A stretch of DNA of 64,000 nt from Candidatus Bathyarchaeia archaeon (GTDB lineage: Archaea; Thermoproteota; Bathyarchaeia; Bathyarchaeales; Bathycorpusculaceae): contig JAVZNC010000001.1 of assembly GCA_038882955.1 (NCBI GenBank), positions 96,001 through 160,000 on the forward strand. Direction: 5' to 3'. The notes beneath the pieces are model-generated. The model did not search any database. It saw nothing but the letters and a program-made list of their open reading frames with translations, and had not been told where the DNA came from. Position 1 is the stretch's first letter; every line of letters begins with the position of its first letter. A program made the position numbers and the translations under genes. Positions 44,766 to 55,943 of the stretch are shown here, one piece after another.

Positions 44766-45833
44766 GTGGTTGATTTGCCACTAAAACACCATCAAATGCA
44801 GCTTCCAAGAGAAGTAATCGTTGGAAACGGCACCTTAGAGCGCATTCCAGAAATTACCTTGAGGCTGGGGTTCACAAACTCCGCGCTGATAGTTGCTGGC
44901 TCGCGAACTTACGACATCGCTGGAAAAACCGTGAAGGGGCTTCTTGAAAAGGACGGATTAGAAGTCAACACTGTTCTTGTCGAGTCTGCAACTGTTAAAG
45001 ATGTTGAAGTGGTTGAGGAGAAAATTAGGGTTTTAAAGCCGCAAGTTGTTTTTGGAGTGGGTGGCGGAACAAAAATAGATGTTGCAAAGTTAAGTTCAGC
45101 CCGCCAGCAAGTTCCGTTCATAAGCGTTCCAACAACAGCCTCCCATGATGGAATAGCGAGTCCGCTGTCTTCTGTTAAGGGTTTCGAAAAGCCCTATTCG
45201 GTAATGGCTCAGGCGCCAATAGCCATAATCGCGGACACGGACATAATAATGCAGTCGCCTTGGCGCTCCATAACAAGTGGATGTGGAGACGTAATTGCAA
45301 AATTCACCGCGGTGAGAGACTGGAAGCTTGCACATAAAGAGAAAAATGAGTATTATGGAGGTTACGCCGCAAGCCTAGCCCTGATGAGTGCAAAACTCGT
45401 GATTGAAAATGCTGGCATAATTAAGCCAGACAACGAGGAGGGACTGCGCATCCTAATCGAAGCTTTAATAAGCTGTGGGGTGGCGATGAGCATTGCTGGA
45501 AGCAGCCGCCCATGCAGTGGGTCTGAACACCTTTTCAGTCACGCCTTGGACATTATCGCTTCTTCTTCGCATGGATTGCATGGCGAACAATGTGGCGTCG
45601 GTACAATAATTATGGCTTATTTGCATAGAGCAAATTGGAAGCGCATAAGAGACACGTTGAAAAAAATTGGGGCGCCGACAGATGCTAAGGGATTAAACGT
45701 GAAGAACAACGACGTGGTAAGGGCGCTGGAGCTTGCCGCAAACCTGAGACCAGAAAGGTACACGATTCTTAACAAGCTTAATTTGAACAGTGAAGCCTAC
45801 GAGAAGGTTGCAAAAACGACAGAGGTCATGTGA
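44766..45833 (+). CDS. egsA: Glycerol-1-phosphate dehydrogenase
   Basis: GVGGG..ID; PTTASHDGIAS; SRPCSGSEHLFSHALD; LHGEQCG. Confidence 0.96.
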   Translation: MVDLPLKHHQMQLPREVIVGNGTLERIPEITLRLGFTNSALIVAGSRTYDIAGKTVKGLLEKDGLEVNTVLVESATVKDVEVVEEKIRVLKPQVVFGVGGGTKIDVAKLSSARQQVPFISVPTTASHDGIASPLSSVKGFEKPYSVMAQAPIAIIADTDIIMQSPWRSITSGCGDVIAKFTAVRDWKLAHKEKNEYYGGYAASLALMSAKLVIENAGIIKPDNEEGLRILIEALISCGVAMSIAGSSRPCSGSEHLFSHALDIIASSSHGLHGEQCGVGTIIMAYLHRANWKRIRDTLKKIGAPTDAKGLNVKNNDVVRALELAANLRPERYTILNKLNLNSEAYEKVAKTTEVM

Positions 45834-45838
45834 AAGGT

Positions 45839-46570
45839 TTAGGTTGATTTAGCTGGCGCTTCTTCCTTTTTTGGTTCAGCTGCTTTGAACGTCTCGCTGA
45901 ACTTTACAGTGGTTATTTCTGGGAAGAACTTTTGTATGTCAACGGCTATTCCGCGTTTCGCCACTTGGATGCCCTCCAAATAGAAGGCTTCTTCTGGCAT
46001 TTCGATGCTGACGGTTTTCGCCTTAACGGTGAACTTGAATTTGCTGCCTTCAACCGCTGGAATTCTTCTGTGAATGAGCGCTTCTATTTTCTCCTTCACT
46101 GTTTCAAGCTTCTTTTTAACTGTAACCTCGTAAACAAGCGTTTTTCCAGCAAGAGGCGGATTGAAATCCAATAAGACTCTTCCAGCGCCTATAGCACGAA
46201 CTGTGGCAAGTCTTCCATCATATTCCACGCGCATTCCAAGGCTTGGAGTTATTCCCTTATCTGTCAAATGCCTAAGCGGAACACGCCTAACCTTTTCTGG
46301 GTCACGTGCTCCAAAAGCCTTGTCTGGCGGTATTTCAACAACTGATTGTTTGCCGACTTCCATGTTTGCGAAGCTTTCATCTAACGCCTTTAGAACCCAC
46401 CCCTCGCCTACCACGACAAGTTTTGGTTCGTAGATTTCTCCTTCCTTGTATAGACGCTCTTTTTTGGCTACATCCTCTGTCGTCGTGTCGAAAACTTCGC
46501 CTGTCTCCTTAACTTTCGCAGTGTAGTCGATTAGTATGAAGTCTCCTTTTTGTAAAGACATGCGTATCAT
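45839..46570 (-). CDS. FKBP-type peptidyl-prolyl isomerase (long archaeal SlyD-like)
   Basis: KGDFILIDYT...GEVFDTT; PPDKAFG.RD; DFNPPLAGKTL. Confidence 0.93.
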   Translation of the reverse strand: MIRMSLQKGDFILIDYTAKVKETGEVFDTTTEDVAKKERLYKEGEIYEPKLVVVGEGWVLKALDESFANMEVGKQSVVEIPPDKAFGARDPEKVRRVPLRHLTDKGITPSLGMRVEYDGRLATVRAIGAGRVLLDFNPPLAGKTLVYEVTVKKKLETVKEKIEALIHRRIPAVEGSKFKFTVKAKTVSIEMPEEAFYLEGIQVAKRGIAVDIQKFFPEITTVKFSETFKAAEPKKEEAPAKST

Positions 46571-46668
46571 TCCTTTTATGGCATTGCATGTAGCTTTGAA
46601 CTCTAATAAAAACTTTCTTCACTTTTCCGCTAAAATTTATTAGACTGTTACGTTCATCATAAACTGCA

Positions 46669-47466
46669 ATGATACGCCTAAACCTAAGCCTAGCAGACTT
46701 GTTCGCGGAAAACCCATACCTAATAACGATGTTGTGGGTCGTTGTCATTGCCGCTGCTGCGCTAATTATTGAAAGAGTTTTCACGAGATGGCTAAGGCAA
46801 GTTACAAGGAAGAAGGAGATTCCGCCAGAAATTGTAAACGGAATTGTGCTAACTGAAAGGATTATAATATTAATAGGCGTCACGATAGCGCTTCTTCACG
46901 TAGGAGGATTTCCATCAGAGACTATCATAAGCTTTTCCGCCATCGGAGGTGCAGCCGTTGGATTTGCGTCTACAAGAACGATTGGAAATATTATGGCTGG
47001 AATTTTCCTCTTTGCAACGCATCCATTCCGTGTAGGCGACTATGTGCGGATAGACGGCATCGAAGGGATAGTCCAAGAAATTACACTGAACTACGCGAAA
47101 ATTTTGACAATTTCAGGGAACATTGTTTCAATAAGCACCCAAAGAATATTGGACAGAGATATAGTCAACTATCGCTTTGTGGAAAGCGAAGAGTCAAATA
47201 TTTACTGTTACGGGTTCGAGTTAGCCTTTGACCACGCTTTGCCAGTCAGCGAACTTGAAAAAGTGTTGGACAAGGTTCTTGGAAAATATGCTGGACAGAT
47301 GCCAAGAAAACCAGACTATCAAGCACTTGGGATAACAGCCTTCGCCAGAAACTATAGGATTTACATTTACGTTGAAGAGGCAAAGGACATTTTCAAGTTT
47401 TATCCTCAAATCACGCGGGAAATAATCCAAGTTTGGGAAGAAGCAAAACGTCAAGCAGCGCAATAA
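46669..47466 (+). CDS. Small-conductance mechanosensitive channel (MscS family)
   Basis: GAAVGFAS...GNIMAG; PFRVGDYVRI.G.EG.V.EI. Confidence 0.88.
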   Translation: MIRLNLSLADLFAENPYLITMLWVVVIAAAALIIERVFTRWLRQVTRKKEIPPEIVNGIVLTERIIILIGVTIALLHVGGFPSETIISFSAIGGAAVGFASTRTIGNIMAGIFLFATHPFRVGDYVRIDGIEGIVQEITLNYAKILTISGNIVSISTQRILDRDIVNYRFVESEESNIYCYGFELAFDHALPVSELEKVLDKVLGKYAGQMPRKPDYQALGITAFARNYRIYIYVEEAKDIFKFYPQITREIIQVWEEAKRQAAQ

Positions 47467-47533
47467 AGTGAATCCATTAAATTTAAGTTCTACATAACAA
47501 GAGTGTTTGTAAATCAAACAAGAAGGCTCTATT

Positions 47534-48748
47534 TTGGCTGAAGAGAAGTCAAACACAAATGCCCGCAAGATTGCTTACCTTGGAATTTTATCGCTTGGCA
47601 TAGTAAGCCTAATGGGCGACATAGTTTATGAAGGCTCAAGAGGCATAGTTCCAGATTACTTGACTTTTCTCGGCGCGTCGCTAGCCATAGTAAGCTTCAT
47701 CGGCGGAATCGGCGAATTTCTAGGCTACACAATGAGGCTTTTAGGTGGATACCTAGCGGACACAACGCGAGCCTACTGGATTTTCATGTTTCTAGGCTAC
47801 GGACTGATAGTTTCAATTCCGCTTTTAGGACAGTTAGGCACTTTTGGCTTGGGAACGGTCATAACCCTAATCTTGCTTGAGAGATTTGGCAAAGCCCTAA
47901 GGTCGCCTTCACGCGACACGCTCCTATCGATAATTAGCAAGGATGTTGGCGCTGGAAAAGCCTTCGGCTTACACGAACTTCTAGATCAGATAGGCGCAAT
48001 GATTGGACCAATCATAGTGGCTGCCTTAATGTTTGTAAGCGCCAACAATTATGGCTATACTTTCACTTTTCTATTCCTGCCATTCGCCGCGCTCCTAATT
48101 GTTTTGGCTTACACTTACAAGAGGCTACGCTCAAGAGTGGCTATTACAGAGACGCAGAAGACAAGCGAAAAGGCGAAGCTTGGAAGGGACTTCTACATTT
48201 ACACATTTGCCGTTCTCTTAAACACTGTGGGACTTATCCCATACACAATTATATTGGCCAAAGCCTCGGATGTTCTTCAGCCAATCGGTGAGCAGTGGAT
48301 TGTGCCGTTAATGTACACGTTTATTCAAGGCGTGGACGCGCCATCCGCTCTAATTTCTGGATATACATATGACAAGTTTGGGATAAGGATTCTCGTTGCG
48401 CCTTTTATAATTTCGGTGATTCCATCCGTGCTTGCCATCGCGAGCGGAGAGCTACCTATTTTGTGGGTTGCTGCCGCCTTTTTTGGATTGATTCTTGGAA
48501 TGCACGAGTCAGTTTACCGCGCGGCAGTATCAGAGTTTGCGCCCGTCTCCTCTAGGGGCACGGCTTACGGCATTTTCAACACTGTTTACGGTGTCGGCTT
48601 TCTCATAAGCGGTGGATTATACGGCTTATTCATAGCACTGAAATTCCCATTCACACTAATAATTTGCTATGCGATTATACTTCAAGCAGTGGCAACGTTT
48701 TTGTTGCTTAATGCTTGGCAGCGTAGGCATCAGCCCGAACAAGCGTAA
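47534..48748 (+). CDS. MFS transporter
   Basis: About 12 TM helices; GYLAD; ERFGKALRSPSRD; RGTAYG. Confidence 0.9.
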   Translation: MAEEKSNTNARKIAYLGILSLGIVSLMGDIVYEGSRGIVPDYLTFLGASLAIVSFIGGIGEFLGYTMRLLGGYLADTTRAYWIFMFLGYGLIVSIPLLGQLGTFGLGTVITLILLERFGKALRSPSRDTLLSIISKDVGAGKAFGLHELLDQIGAMIGPIIVAALMFVSANNYGYTFTFLFLPFAALLIVLAYTYKRLRSRVAITETQKTSEKAKLGRDFYIYTFAVLLNTVGLIPYTIILAKASDVLQPIGEQWIVPLMYTFIQGVDAPSALISGYTYDKFGIRILVAPFIISVIPSVLAIASGELPILWVAAAFFGLILGMHESVYRAAVSEFAPVSSRGTAYGIFNTVYGVGFLISGGLYGLFIALKFPFTLIICYAIILQAVATFLLLNAWQRRHQPEQA

Positions 48749-49268
48749 CGTACTTTTGTGGGACGTTTTTGCACAAGTAAACCTTATCCGTTGCCTTGAA
48801 AAATTTCAGTCCGTCCCTTCTGGCGGCTTCGGCGTCTATCTCCAAAACGGTTGGCGTGTCGGTTCTGCGCATTCCAACTTCCATTGCAACTTCAATTGTC
48901 GGGGATAAGTGAACCCACTTTCGCTTCATTGGTTTAAGTCCCTCCCTCAAAATTTTTGAAGCCGCGTGGGGCGTTGTCCCATGATAAAGCACTTTTACGG
49001 TCTTATCCTCTTCAAACTCGAGCTTTACTGGAACCGTATGCCCATACAAGGCGCGGATTTTGTTGCCAACAACTTCAAAACGTTTTCTACCACTTTTTTC
49101 AACAACATCCAAAACGAAGAACTTATCAACTTTGAAGCGTTGATTAATTTTTTCTAAAAGTTTGTCTAGATCTACAAAGCCATGCTCATCCATGCCCAAG
49201 CCTTGAGGGTTATGCCTCAACAGATAACTCATGTACCTGCTAACCTTAACTCGCAATTCATCACTCAT
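48708..49268 (-). CDS. kptA: RNA 2'-phosphotransferase (Tpt1/KptA)
   Basis: SYLLRH; KRFE; IRALYGHT; LYHGT; VHLS. Confidence 0.93.
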   Translation of the reverse strand: MSDELRVKVSRYMSYLLRHNPQGLGMDEHGFVDLDKLLEKINQRFKVDKFFVLDVVEKSGRKRFEVVGNKIRALYGHTVPVKLEFEEDKTVKVLYHGTTPHAASKILREGLKPMKRKWVHLSPTIEVAMEVGMRRTDTPTVLEIDAEAARRDGLKFFKATDKVYLCKNVPQKYVTLVRADAYAAKH

Positions 49269-49293
49269 AAATTTGCACAACCACAAACGTCAA

Positions 49294-49956
49294 TCAGACT
49301 TTAAAATCAATCTGTGTATTATCGCGTGAATATTTCATCCATTCCTCCAATATTTGCTGAAATCCCAACTTGCTATAAATTTCGTAAAAATCCTCAAACT
49401 TTTCTAGACACCGTTTCAACAGCGGCTCAAGGGCTAATTTTCTTTTCAGTTTCTCCCTTAACGATGTGGCAATGAGCTTTAGCTCTTCTGGAAATTCCTT
49501 TGCGGTTATAGAGTTAGCGTTTATGCCTATGCCAACCACGGCGTAGTTCACATTTTCGCCAGTACTGTTCACTTCTGTGAGTATCCCGCAAACTTTTTTC
49601 CCGTTGAGCAGAACGTCATTAGGCCATTTGGCTTCAACCCTTAAACCGTAATCTTCGCTTAAAACCTTAATAACAGCCAAACCAGCAGCTACAACAATGC
49701 CAACGGCCTCATTAACCTTCATTTTCGGCCTCAAAATTACGGAAAAGTATAGCCCGCCCCTCGGCGAAAACCATTTTCGCCAGTGTCTTCCACGTCCAGC
49801 AGTTTGTTCTTCGGCAATCACAACCGTGCCTTCAGCAGCGCCGTAACGCGCCAGTTTTTTGGCAAAATTGTTTGTGGAATCTACCTTACGCAGCGAAATT
49901 ATTGTTTTTCCAAACTTTTTTGTTTGTAAGCCTTCTTGGATTTTGTCGACTTTCAT
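49294..49956 (-). CDS. birA: Biotin-protein ligase (catalytic domain only)
   Basis: DSTN; QTAGRGR..R.W.SP; KWPND; KKVCGIL; GIGIN. No C-terminal SH3-like domain visible. Confidence 0.9.
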   Translation of the reverse strand: MKVDKIQEGLQTKKFGKTIISLRKVDSTNNFAKKLARYGAAEGTVVIAEEQTAGRGRHWRKWFSPRGGLYFSVILRPKMKVNEAVGIVVAAGLAVIKVLSEDYGLRVEAKWPNDVLLNGKKVCGILTEVNSTGENVNYAVVGIGINANSITAKEFPEELKLIATSLREKLKRKLALEPLLKRCLEKFEDFYEIYSKLGFQQILEEWMKYSRDNTQIDFKV

Positions 49957-49971
49957 GAACAGATACTGGTC

Positions 49972-50376
49972 CTAAGGCTTTTCTATAAGCTCTAATAGGA
50001 CGCCTTTTGTGCTTTTCGGGTGAATAAACGTGATTTTTGCTCCTTCAGCGCCATTCCGCGGCTTTTCATCAACAAGTATCACATTTTTACGCTTAAACTC
50101 TTCCAGAGCTTTCTCTATATTTTCGACTTTAACGGCGATGTGATGTATGCCCTCGCCTCGGCTTTCAAGAAACTTTGCAACTGGACTGTCGCTGCCAATT
50201 GGTTCGAGAAGTTCTATTTGTCCCTCACCGCCAGAGGATAAAAATGCAACCTTGACCTTTCGCTCATGTAGAACGTGGATGCCTTCAAGTTTAAAGCCCA
50301 AAGTTTCGCTGTAAACCTTCACAGCATCATCGAGATTTCGTACTGCAACGCCGACATGGTCGATTCCGACAAACAT
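49972..50376 (-). CDS. mce: Methylmalonyl-CoA epimerase
   Basis: IDHVGVAV; IELLEP; [11 protein letters not shown]; [17 protein letters not shown] at 50376 preferred. Confidence 0.92.
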   Translation of the reverse strand: MFVGIDHVGVAVRNLDDAVKVYSETLGFKLEGIHVLHERKVKVAFLSSGGEGQIELLEPIGSDSPVAKFLESRGEGIHHIAVKVENIEKALEEFKRKNVILVDEKPRNGAEGAKITFIHPKSTKGVLLELIEKP

Positions 50377-50664
50377 TACGCCTAAACTCCATTCGCGGTT
50401 AGACGTTAAAAGCCATATCATATAACGTATAAAAACTTGCTGGAACCTACTCCTTTTTGCGTCGCGCCCTTTCACTCTGCAACAGGAAAATGAAACCTAA
50501 ATCCAGAATACGCTTTTCCCTATGTCTCAACGCTTCCGCTAAAGGTTTATGTGCAAAAATTAGCATTTACGCATTTTGCAAACATTCAGTTGCCAAAATT
50601 TATGGAAAAACTATAAAGGTTGGGTAACAAAATCTAGGTTCTCCCAAAGTGGAGAGACTTTAAA

Positions 50665-52365
50665 ATGGAAAAGTACACGCATGACATTGTTATAGTTGGC
50701 GCTGGACTGGCTGGACTGAGGGCGGCGATTGCCGCTGCGGAAACTAGCAAAAAATTGGACATTGCAGTGATATCGAAACTTCACCCGATACGCTCGCATT
50801 CTGTTTGTGCGCAGGGCGGAACAGCCGCGGTAATGCGCGAAAAAGACTCATTTGACCTTCACGCTTTTGACACCGTTAAGGGCGCGGACTACCTTGCAGA
50901 CCAAGACGCTGTAGAATTTTTTGTAAAGCAAGCGCCTAAGGAAATAATCCTAACAGAGCATTGGGGGTTGCCATGGAGCAGAACACCAGACGGGAAAATA
51001 GACCAACGTCCCTTTGGAGGTCACAGTTTTCCGAGAGCGTGTTTCGCAGCGGACATGACGGGTTTCCACGAGATGCACGCGCTTTATGGTAAAGCCACAT
51101 CCTACAGCAACGTGAAATTCTACGACGAATGGTTCGCCACCTCGCTCATAGTTGAAGATAACACGGCAGTAGGCCTAACAGCCATAGAACTTAAAACTGG
51201 CGAGATGCACACCTTCAAAGCCAAAGCAGTAGTGATGGCAACTGGCGGACACGAACGCATATACGAGTTTACGACGTTCTCCCACACAACAACAGGCGAC
51301 GGAATGGCAATGGCATACCGCGCTGGAGCACCGCTTGAGGACATGGAGTTCGTCCAATTTCACCCCACGGGGCTCGTCCCATCTGGCGTGCTGATAACAG
51401 AAGGCGCAAGAGGAGAAGGCGGATACTTGTTAAACGCTAAGGGCGAACGCTTCATGAAGAATTATGCTCCAGAAAAGATGGAGCTTGCCCCACGAGACGT
51501 CGTTTCAAGGGCGGAGCAAACAGAAATACTTGAAGGAAGGGGCTTCGAGGGGCCATACGGTCCGTACATCGCTTTAGATTTGACACATCTCGGCGAAGAG
51601 AAAATAAACGAGCGCCTGCCGTTAATACGCGAAGTTGCCATAAAACTTGGCGGAGTTGACCCAGTTAAGGAGTATATTCCAATAAGACCAGCAGCGCATT
51701 ACTCCATGGGCGGAATAAAGGCGAACGTTAAAACTGAAACGCCGATTGCTGGTTTGTACGCTGCTGGCGAATGCTCATGCATAAGCATTCACGGAGCAAA
51801 CAGACTTGGCACAAACTCGACTGCTGAATGCCTGGTATTCGGCGCAGTTGCTGGAGGAGAAGCAGCTAAACGCGCCTTGTCAGCAAGCTTCAAAGAGATT
51901 CCAGAAGAAAAACTTGCTTTGGAAGAAAAACGCGTTTATGACGGAATCTTGGGAAGCGAGGGCGACGAGAAGGTTCCAGTTATTAGGGATGAGATGCGCC
52001 GCACAATGAATGAGAAGGTTTGGATTTTCAGAAGTGGAGACCAACTCAAAGATGGGTTGAAGAAGATTAGAGAGCTCAAAGAACGGTTTAAGCGAATAAA
52101 GGTGGAAGATAAACGCGGTCCCTTTAACAGCGGACTCACAGAAGCGCTACAACTCGACTTCATGTTAGACTTGGCAGAAGTCACAATTTACTGTGCACTT
52201 GCCAGAACAGAATCCCGCGGAGCACACACGAGAAGGGACTACCCGAAGAGGGATGACGCAAACTGGCTTAAACACACATTAGCGTACTGCACGAGTGAGG
52301 GACCGAGGCTTGAGTACATTCCAGTTACAATTACGAAATGGCCGCCAGCCGCAAGAACCTACTAG
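50665..52365 (+). CDS. sdhA: Succinate dehydrogenase/fumarate reductase flavoprotein (TfrA-like context)
   Basis: GAGLAG; [10 protein letters not shown]; QFHPTG; TEGARGEGG; LAPRDVVSR; HYSMGG; HGANRLG; ESRGAH. Confidence 0.93.
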   Translation: MEKYTHDIVIVGAGLAGLRAAIAAAETSKKLDIAVISKLHPIRSHSVCAQGGTAAVMREKDSFDLHAFDTVKGADYLADQDAVEFFVKQAPKEIILTEHWGLPWSRTPDGKIDQRPFGGHSFPRACFAADMTGFHEMHALYGKATSYSNVKFYDEWFATSLIVEDNTAVGLTAIELKTGEMHTFKAKAVVMATGGHERIYEFTTFSHTTTGDGMAMAYRAGAPLEDMEFVQFHPTGLVPSGVLITEGARGEGGYLLNAKGERFMKNYAPEKMELAPRDVVSRAEQTEILEGRGFEGPYGPYIALDLTHLGEEKINERLPLIREVAIKLGGVDPVKEYIPIRPAAHYSMGGIKANVKTETPIAGLYAAGECSCISIHGANRLGTNSTAECLVFGAVAGGEAAKRALSASFKEIPEEKLALEEKRVYDGILGSEGDEKVPVIRDEMRRTMNEKVWIFRSGDQLKDGLKKIRELKERFKRIKVEDKRGPFNSGLTEALQLDFMLDLAEVTIYCALARTESRGAHTRRDYPKRDDANWLKHTLAYCTSEGPRLEYIPVTITKWPPAARTY

Positions 52366-52380
52366 AAGGAGGAAGCAAAT

Positions 52381-53946
52381 ATGAACGTGAAAGTTGAAAA
52401 AGTTGTTGAGTTTCGTATTCACCGTTACGACCCAGAAGGCAAAAGGCATTACCTGTCCACATACAATGTGCCAATACGGAGAGGCACAACGGTTCTTGAC
52501 GCGTTAAACTATATCAGGGACAACCTTGACAGCACATTAAGCTTCAGGCATTCATGCCGTATGGGCATATGCGGAAGCTGCGGAGTCAACATAAACGGAA
52601 AACCCATGCTTGCTTGTTACACGCAAGTGCTTGATTTAAACGCGGATTCGCTTGAAATTGCTCCGCTATCGAATTTGCCAGTGATAAAGGATTTAGTTGT
52701 TGACATTGAACCGTTCTTTGACACTTTCAAGAAGATTAGAACTGTGCTGATTAAGCCCGAATCTGAACTAGTGAAAATGGTTGAGTTTGTCCAGTCGCCG
52801 CTTGACCTCAAAAAGTACTGGGACTTAACCTTATGCACAAAATGTTCGATATGTTATTCGGCGTGCCCAGCAGCCATAGACGAAAGGTTCCTGGGGCCTT
52901 CAGCCCTAACGGCAAACTACAGATTCATTGCAGACTCAAGAGACGGAGGGGCGGATGAACGCCTAAAGCCAATGGCGGAAAACATATGGCTTTGCACGCA
53001 ATGCAACTCGTGTACGCTCTTCTGTCCAAAACAAGTTGACTGTGCAAACGCCTTGGTTAACGACCACTGTGTGCTTGTTGAGGCTGGAAACATCCCAAGA
53101 ACAGTTAAAGATGTGCTTGAAAGCGTCTACAAACACAATAACCCCATGGGGACACATCAAAGCAAGAGGATGGACTGGGCGAAGGGATTAAACGTTAAAA
53201 CTTATCCAACTGTTACCGAAGCGGAGGTTCTGTTCTTTGTTTGCTGTTCAAACGCTTTTGACACAAGAAACCAAGAAACAGCGCGAATAATGGCTTCAAT
53301 CTTCGACAAACTAAGTGTAAATTATGCAACCTTGGGCTCTGAAGAATGGTGTTGTGGAGACCACATACTGCGTATGGGCGAGCGAGGCCTATTTGAGGTC
53401 CTAGCAGAACACAACATCACCATGTTCAAAAAGTTCAACGCTCAAAAAATCGTAACAATGTCGCCTCACTGCTACAACACGTTTAAGAATGATAAGCCGT
53501 ACAGCGAAGCAAACTTGAACGTTCAGCATTACACGCAGTTTTTGGCAGAAGCCCTAAACTCTGGAAAACTTAAACTTTCAAAAGCTCTCAATAGGCGAGT
53601 AGCCTATCACGACCCATGTTTTCTGGGTAAACGCAACAACATATTCGACGAACCGAGACAGATTTTACAGGCGATAAAAGGCTTGGAACTAGTTGAAATG
53701 AAAAGGACAAGGCAGAGCAGCTTCTGCTGTGGCGGAGGCGCTGGGAGAGTTTGGACCGAAGAGGCACCTGCTGAAAAGAGACCATGCGTTGAGAGGGTTA
53801 AAGAGGCACTAGAATTGAACGTTGACACAATAGCCGTTGCATGTCCATACTGCATCACGACACTTGAAGACGCAATAAAAGTGTTGGATGTTGAAGGCAA
53901 AGTCGCCGTTAAGGATATCCTCGAACTCGTGAAAGAGGCGCTTTAG
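52381..53946 (+). CDS. SdhB/FrdB Fe-S subunit fused to two CCG domains (TfrB-like)
   Basis: SCRMGICGSC 2Fe-2S motif; CTKCSICYSACP and CTQCNSCTLFCP; WCCG; YHDPC...CCGGG...ACPYC. Confidence 0.9.
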   Translation: MNVKVEKVVEFRIHRYDPEGKRHYLSTYNVPIRRGTTVLDALNYIRDNLDSTLSFRHSCRMGICGSCGVNINGKPMLACYTQVLDLNADSLEIAPLSNLPVIKDLVVDIEPFFDTFKKIRTVLIKPESELVKMVEFVQSPLDLKKYWDLTLCTKCSICYSACPAAIDERFLGPSALTANYRFIADSRDGGADERLKPMAENIWLCTQCNSCTLFCPKQVDCANALVNDHCVLVEAGNIPRTVKDVLESVYKHNNPMGTHQSKRMDWAKGLNVKTYPTVTEAEVLFFVCCSNAFDTRNQETARIMASIFDKLSVNYATLGSEEWCCGDHILRMGERGLFEVLAEHNITMFKKFNAQKIVTMSPHCYNTFKNDKPYSEANLNVQHYTQFLAEALNSGKLKLSKALNRRVAYHDPCFLGKRNNIFDEPRQILQAIKGLELVEMKRTRQSSFCCGGGAGRVWTEEAPAEKRPCVERVKEALELNVDTIAVACPYCITTLEDAIKVLDVEGKVAVKDILELVKEAL

Positions 53947-54076
53947 CGCTAACTGCACTCTCCCTTTTTAATTGCCAATTTTATTCTTTAAAGTTTGCAA
54001 AAAGTTAGAGATACATTAATATAACTTATCACGTAAATTATATGACTCTATTTAAGCTAAGTTTGGAGGAAAAATC

Positions 54077-55939
54077 GTGTACGGCTATGCTGGTCGAGTA
54101 CTCCACATAGATTTAACAACAGGAAAAACTCACGTTGAACCATTAAACGAAGACTACGCAAAAAAATATATCGGCGGAATAGGCCTAGGCATGCGCCTCT
54201 GGCTTGACCACTCACAAGCGGGAGTAGACCCGTTAAGTCCAGAAAATCCGCTGATTCTCACAACAGGTCCAGTTTCAGGCACGGTCTGGCCAACTGGCGG
54301 AAACGGCCACGCTTTTGTGGCGAAATCTCCTCAAAGCTACGGTGTGGGCGAAGCTAAATCGCACGGTTCGTTTGGAACGGAGCTGAAGAGGGCTGGATAC
54401 GACGCCGTGATTTTAAAGGGGAGGGCGGAAAAGCCCGTTTACGTTTGGATTGACGATGATTCTGTTCAGCTATTAAGCGCTTCACATTTAATGGGAAAGT
54501 CACCAGCTGACACCGAAGACGCGATAAAAGAGGAACTTGGCGACTACTACATTCGCGTAGCGGCAATAGGTCCAGCTGGAGAAAAACTCGTTCGAATAGC
54601 ATGCATAATAAATGAAAAGACCAGGGCTGCTGGAAGAACTGGGCTAGGCGCCGTTATGGGTTCAAAGAACCTTAAGGCAATCGCTGTCCGCGGAACCCAC
54701 GACATCACTGTGGCAAAACCAGACGAGTTCATGGAGTTCGTCAAAGAATTTCACGAAAGAATGAAGGGACCAGCCACGCAGAAATATAGAACTTTAGGCA
54801 CGCCAGAAAACGTCTTGGTACACAACGCCTTGCACTGTATGCCCACAAGAAACTATAACAACGCGTATTTTGAGGCAGCTGAGAAAGTGAGCGGAGAGGC
54901 ATTAAACGAGCGATACGTCGCAAAAATAATTGGATGCAGCTCATGTGCAATGCGATGTGAGCACGTTTGCGTAGTAACAGAGGGACCATACAAGGGTGCC
55001 ATGACACGGATGGAGTATGAGCCGCTTTGGGCTATGGGACCGTACTGCGGCGTTGACCGCCTGGACGCCATAATAAAGGGCATGGACTTGTGCAACTATT
55101 ATGGGATAGATGCCATCAGCGCTGGAGTGATTGTTGGCTTCGCAATGGACTGTTACGAAAATGGAATTTTAACGCAGAAGGACATGGACGGACTGGATGC
55201 ACGTTTTGGCAATCATGAAGCACTGGTTCAGCTTATAGAGAAAATGGGCAAACGCGAGGGGATAGGCGACATTCTCGCAGAAGGCGTAAAAGTTGCTGGA
55301 GAAAAAATAGGCAAGGGCGCAGAAAAACTCGCCCAACACATCAAGGGCGTCGAAGTTACGGGATACGACTTAAGATGCTTAAAAACAGCTGCCTTGGGCT
55401 TCGCAGTCTCCTTCAGAGGGGCAGACCATAATAGGCACGGCGCTTACGCTTTCGACGTGAAGGGAAAAGTTAACCGTTTGGTTGCCGAGAAGGGAAGAGG
55501 AAAAATGGTTAAGGACATGGAGGACATGTACACCATAATTGATTCGATGATAGTCTGCAAGTTCTCAAGGGGAACATACTACAAGGAAGCAGAAGACCTT
55601 GCGAAGCTTTACACTTTGGTGACTGGAATTGAGATGACGCCGGAAGAAATACGTCGTTGCGGCGAAAGAATAAACAATGTAGCAAGAGTTTTCAATGTCA
55701 GAGAAGGCTTAAGCAGAAAAGACGACACGTTACCATGGAAGGTCATGCACCAGCCAATCCAAGATGAGGGACCAGCCAAAGGCGCCTACGTTTCACAGGC
55801 GGAGCTGGACTTGCTTTTGGATGATTATTACGAGGCGCGTGGATGGACAAGGGAGGGCATACCAAAAGTAGAGAAGCTTAAGGAGTTAGGCATAGACGAC
55901 TTAATTCACATAGTTGAAGGAAAAATAAAAGGAGCGTAG
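54077..55939 (+). CDS. aor: Tungsten aldehyde:ferredoxin oxidoreductase family
   Basis: MYGYAGRVL.IDL; KSP; AAGRTGLGAVMGSKNLKA; CSSCAMRC; EYE; GIDAIS; YYEARGW...G.P. Confidence 0.93.
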   Translation: MYGYAGRVLHIDLTTGKTHVEPLNEDYAKKYIGGIGLGMRLWLDHSQAGVDPLSPENPLILTTGPVSGTVWPTGGNGHAFVAKSPQSYGVGEAKSHGSFGTELKRAGYDAVILKGRAEKPVYVWIDDDSVQLLSASHLMGKSPADTEDAIKEELGDYYIRVAAIGPAGEKLVRIACIINEKTRAAGRTGLGAVMGSKNLKAIAVRGTHDITVAKPDEFMEFVKEFHERMKGPATQKYRTLGTPENVLVHNALHCMPTRNYNNAYFEAAEKVSGEALNERYVAKIIGCSSCAMRCEHVCVVTEGPYKGAMTRMEYEPLWAMGPYCGVDRLDAIIKGMDLCNYYGIDAISAGVIVGFAMDCYENGILTQKDMDGLDARFGNHEALVQLIEKMGKREGIGDILAEGVKVAGEKIGKGAEKLAQHIKGVEVTGYDLRCLKTAALGFAVSFRGADHNRHGAYAFDVKGKVNRLVAEKGRGKMVKDMEDMYTIIDSMIVCKFSRGTYYKEAEDLAKLYTLVTGIEMTPEEIRRCGERINNVARVFNVREGLSRKDDTLPWKVMHQPIQDEGPAKGAYVSQAELDLLLDDYYEARGWTREGIPKVEKLKELGIDDLIHIVEGKIKGA

Positions 55940-55943
55940 CATT

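Noticed and set aside
50552-50582. TGCAAAA...TTTTGCA inverted repeat upstream of sdhA and its resemblance to 9264-9284
   Set aside because: Short, AT-rich and needs a gap to align; cannot be distinguished from chance by eye.
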